Source of the DNA: Mobula hypostoma
Taxonomy: Eukaryota
Reading direction: 5' to 3'
NCBI RefSeq assembly: GCF_963921235.1
Contig: NC_086097.1
Coordinates: 32,862,001-32,926,000 of the forward strand
DNA length: 64,000 bases
The notes under the pieces are model-generated. The model did not search any database, was not told the origin of the DNA, and saw only the letters and a list, made by a program, of their open reading frames with translations. Position numbers and translations under genes: made by a program. Shown here one piece after another: positions 61,281 to 64,000 of this stretch. Every line of letters begins with the position of its first letter. Position 1 is the first letter of the stretch.

Positions 61281-62859
61281 TCCTGTCCTTAGACTCCCCT
61301 TCAGTAATTTACCCACCACTGATGTCAGATTTGTTAACTCATAGTTCCCCGGCATATCTTTTCTGCCCCTTCTTTAATAATGGTAGAACATTAGCCACAA
61401 CTAAAGTTCTATTTTCCTGGTACTTTCCTTATGGCTAAAAACGAAGCAAATAACTCTGCAAAGGCCTTCTCAAATTCTTCCCTGGCTTCCACGGTCCAAG
61501 GATGCAGTCGATCAGGCCCTGAGGATCTATCCTTTGTAATGGGCTATAAGTTCACCAGTACCTCATCCCTAGTATTTCAAATGTGGTCTGAAACACTATC
61601 ACTCATTTCCCTCTTTTCTTCGGCATCCATTATTTTCTCCATAAGAAAAACTGAAGAGAACTATTCATTGAAATTCTTGCCCGTCATCTGTAACTCCACA
61701 CATGGATGGCTATGTTGAACCTTAAGGGGACTTATTCTTTCCCAAGCTACACTTTCAATATACTGTAGGATCTCTTTGGATTTTCCCTAACCCTGGCTCA
61801 TCCCCTTGTTTTGCCCCCTTTATTTCCCTCTAAAGCATACTCCTGCACTTATTGCTTCAAGGGATTTAGTTGATCCCAAATACCTAAATGCAATGTATGC
61901 TTCCCATTTTTTTTCTGACCCGAGCCACAATGTCTCTTGTTAGCCAGGGTTCACTAAACTTACCGGTCTTGCCCTTCACCTTAGAGGAAAATGCTGTCCC
62001 TGGACTCCTGATATCATATCTTTAAAAGCTTCCCACTTGCCAGTTGCCTCTTTGCTATCACCCATTTGACCACTGTAAGATCCTGCCTAATGCTTCCCAG
62101 ATTAGCCTTGCTGTGGTTCAGGACCTTATTCTGATGCTGAAGAATTTTATCATGTTGATTGTTTTCTTTGGACAATTATTGTAGTCACCTCTAACCTCTT
62201 TATTTTTAAAATGGACTAATTAGTTTTGCATTACTATGTTAAATAGGCTCTCCAAATACAGGAGGTTTTTATTGCATGTTCCATTTAAACCTAATTGGTT
62301 GTATCATTAAGTTTTCACAAGTGCCTAGGCTTTCAAATGTAGAAGTCATTTTGGATATTGAAAGCCTGTACTAATGGGTAAATAAATGTGTTTTGCAGGA
62401 TAAAATTTGGTGTTTACTTATAATATTTCATTAACGATGCAGCTGTGACCTTGCTGCAACTGCAGCAGACTGGTTTGTGTTGAAGTAATCCTGGGGCACT
62501 GCACATTTGTATAGTGATCCAGTACTGAATAGTGTGTTACGGGTTGGCTTTGGGCTTACAGTCTCATCCCCAGGCCCCATGATGGCCAGCTTCCAGATGA
62601 TGATGGAGCCACGGTACTTAACCATCGATTACCCTTGCATTTAGAATTTCTGATTGCAATACTTCCATGCATCTTATTTCTGTTCTTAATAAAGTGTCCA
62701 GTTTAATCAGCTGCAAGATTTTGTTTGTGATCATGGTGGCAGGTAAACTTAGCATTGAACTACCCAAGGTGTGATGAAACACCATCCAATTCAAAGTGAG
62801 ATTAAAAACAAAGCAGCAACAGCTGAAAGGTAAACATGATACATAGGCAGATTTTTTAC

Positions 62860-63749
62860 ACCGTATCCTTCGTGCAGATGTTCTAACACTGGTGTGCAGT
62901 TTCGAGGGAACCACAACATGAGATCCACACATCAGCGTTCTTTGACATACTGACAGTTGGTCTGAGAACTCTGGAAACATAGGGTGACCATGAGCTTGCC
63001 ATCCTTGCAGGGCGATTTCATAGACTTTTGAACCTCAGGTCATTACTTGTTTCTCATTGTATTTCGGAGTTTGTTACTGGCAACTGGTCCAACAATACGG
63101 TGTGGAACACCTCTGCTGGGTGTCAGTATGAAGTTCTTTTCTTCAGTTGGCAGTAGTGTAAGATTTGACAAGCTATCAACGTTGTTGTGTTGTCTGGTAC
63201 CCTTGAACTCTATGTCATAAGAATAGGCTCCGAGGATAGTGCCTAATGTCGTAACTGGGCAGCAGTAATCACTGGAATTCCCTTTCTGGAATTGAAAATG
63301 GACACAAGGGGCTGGTGATCTGTCACTAGTTCAAAATCTTGTTCGTAGAGGTAGTGGTGGATCTACTTTATTCCCCATACTAGATTAAGGGCTTCTCGGT
63401 CGACCTGAGCGAGTTGCGTTCGGCACTGATCAGAGATCTTGAAGCAAACGTAATCGGGCATTCAGATCCATGTTTCATAGTGTGTGACAAAATGGCTCCA
63501 ATGCCATAAGGGGATGCATCGCACGCCAGTCTGATGGGCAGGGATGGGTCATAATGAGTGAGCAGTTCATCAGATATTATTAGTTTCTTTGTTTCCTTGA
63601 ATTCCCACATCTTTCTAACTATTCCCACTTTGCTCCTGTCTGTAACAGTGCATTCAATGGATGCAGCGCTGTAGCAATGTTTAGGAGAAACTGAAAGTTT
63701 ACAAGGCCCAAGAATGACCTGAGCTGTGACTGATTTTCTGGTTTGGGTG
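62860..63749 (-). mobile_element. Ty3/Gypsy LTR retrotransposon pol remnant (RT end, RNase H, pre-integrase region)
   Basis: QLRSFLGLVN; LTHYDPSLPIRLACDASPYGIGAILSH...ITFASRSL..AERN; ELVTDHQPLVSIF; GSHVVVPSKL...HLHEG. Confidence 0.88.
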
Positions 63750-64000
63750 TGTCATGTTTGACGCCAAGCAGAGCTGCAGGACGGATGATGCTAATGAGAG
63801 AGATAACGGAAGACAATGGAAAACATTCAAAATGCTAATAAGAGAGAAGAGAGAGATTAACGAGAAAGAAAGACAATTCCGATGTTGGCGTCTGCGACAG
63901 GCCATTTGCTTTGAACCTGAACTGTTTGAAGTTTTATGGACAGGTGATACCCCAGCAGGGGGATAAAAATAGCAGGTTTGCTAAGGCATGGGACATACGC
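63750..64000 (+). mobile_element. Probable start of an LTR interrupting the Gypsy pol
   Basis: Gypsy homology stops abruptly at TGTCATG; purine-rich U3-like sequence with GATAAAAA; other end outside the window. Confidence 0.4.

Noticed and set aside
62431..62625. WD40-like peptide (GSIIIWKL) on the minus strand
   Set aside because: Only a few residues resemble a WD repeat end; no further repeat or supporting exon structure.

Overview
This is eukaryotic, repeat-dense vertebrate DNA. The repeat content (CR1, Rex1/Babar-like and RTE LINEs, V-SINE-type tRNA SINEs, Penelope-like elements) suggests a cartilaginous fish, probably a ray; that is inference. The only host protein-coding gene I can support is vasohibin-1 (VASH1, tubulin detyrosinase) on the minus strand. 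It has five coding exons in the window (32531-32800, 14197-14285, 9559-9615, 4084-4158, 2180-2561; 873 nt, 291 aa) and its 3' exons appear to lie left of the window. A CpG-island promoter at ~33.1-34.2 kb looks bidirectional. Most other sequence is nested, decayed retroelements, and most listed ORFs are TE fragments or antisense shadows. Main observations: (1) VASH1 has two U12-type minor-spliceosome introns and a GC donor. (2) That GC donor has been triplicated in frame by a 69-bp tandem repeat. (3) Read-through of the second U12 intron would give a truncated, VASH1B-like protein. (4) A family of short Penelope-derived elements with inverted pseudo-LTRs and 8-15 bp TSDs carries minimal type-I hammerhead ribozymes, one with an intact core lying sense within VASH1 intron 1. 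I found no CRISPR array, rRNA or true tRNA gene, and no evidence for a wholly new multi-gene system. TE boundaries are approximate unless TSDs are quoted.
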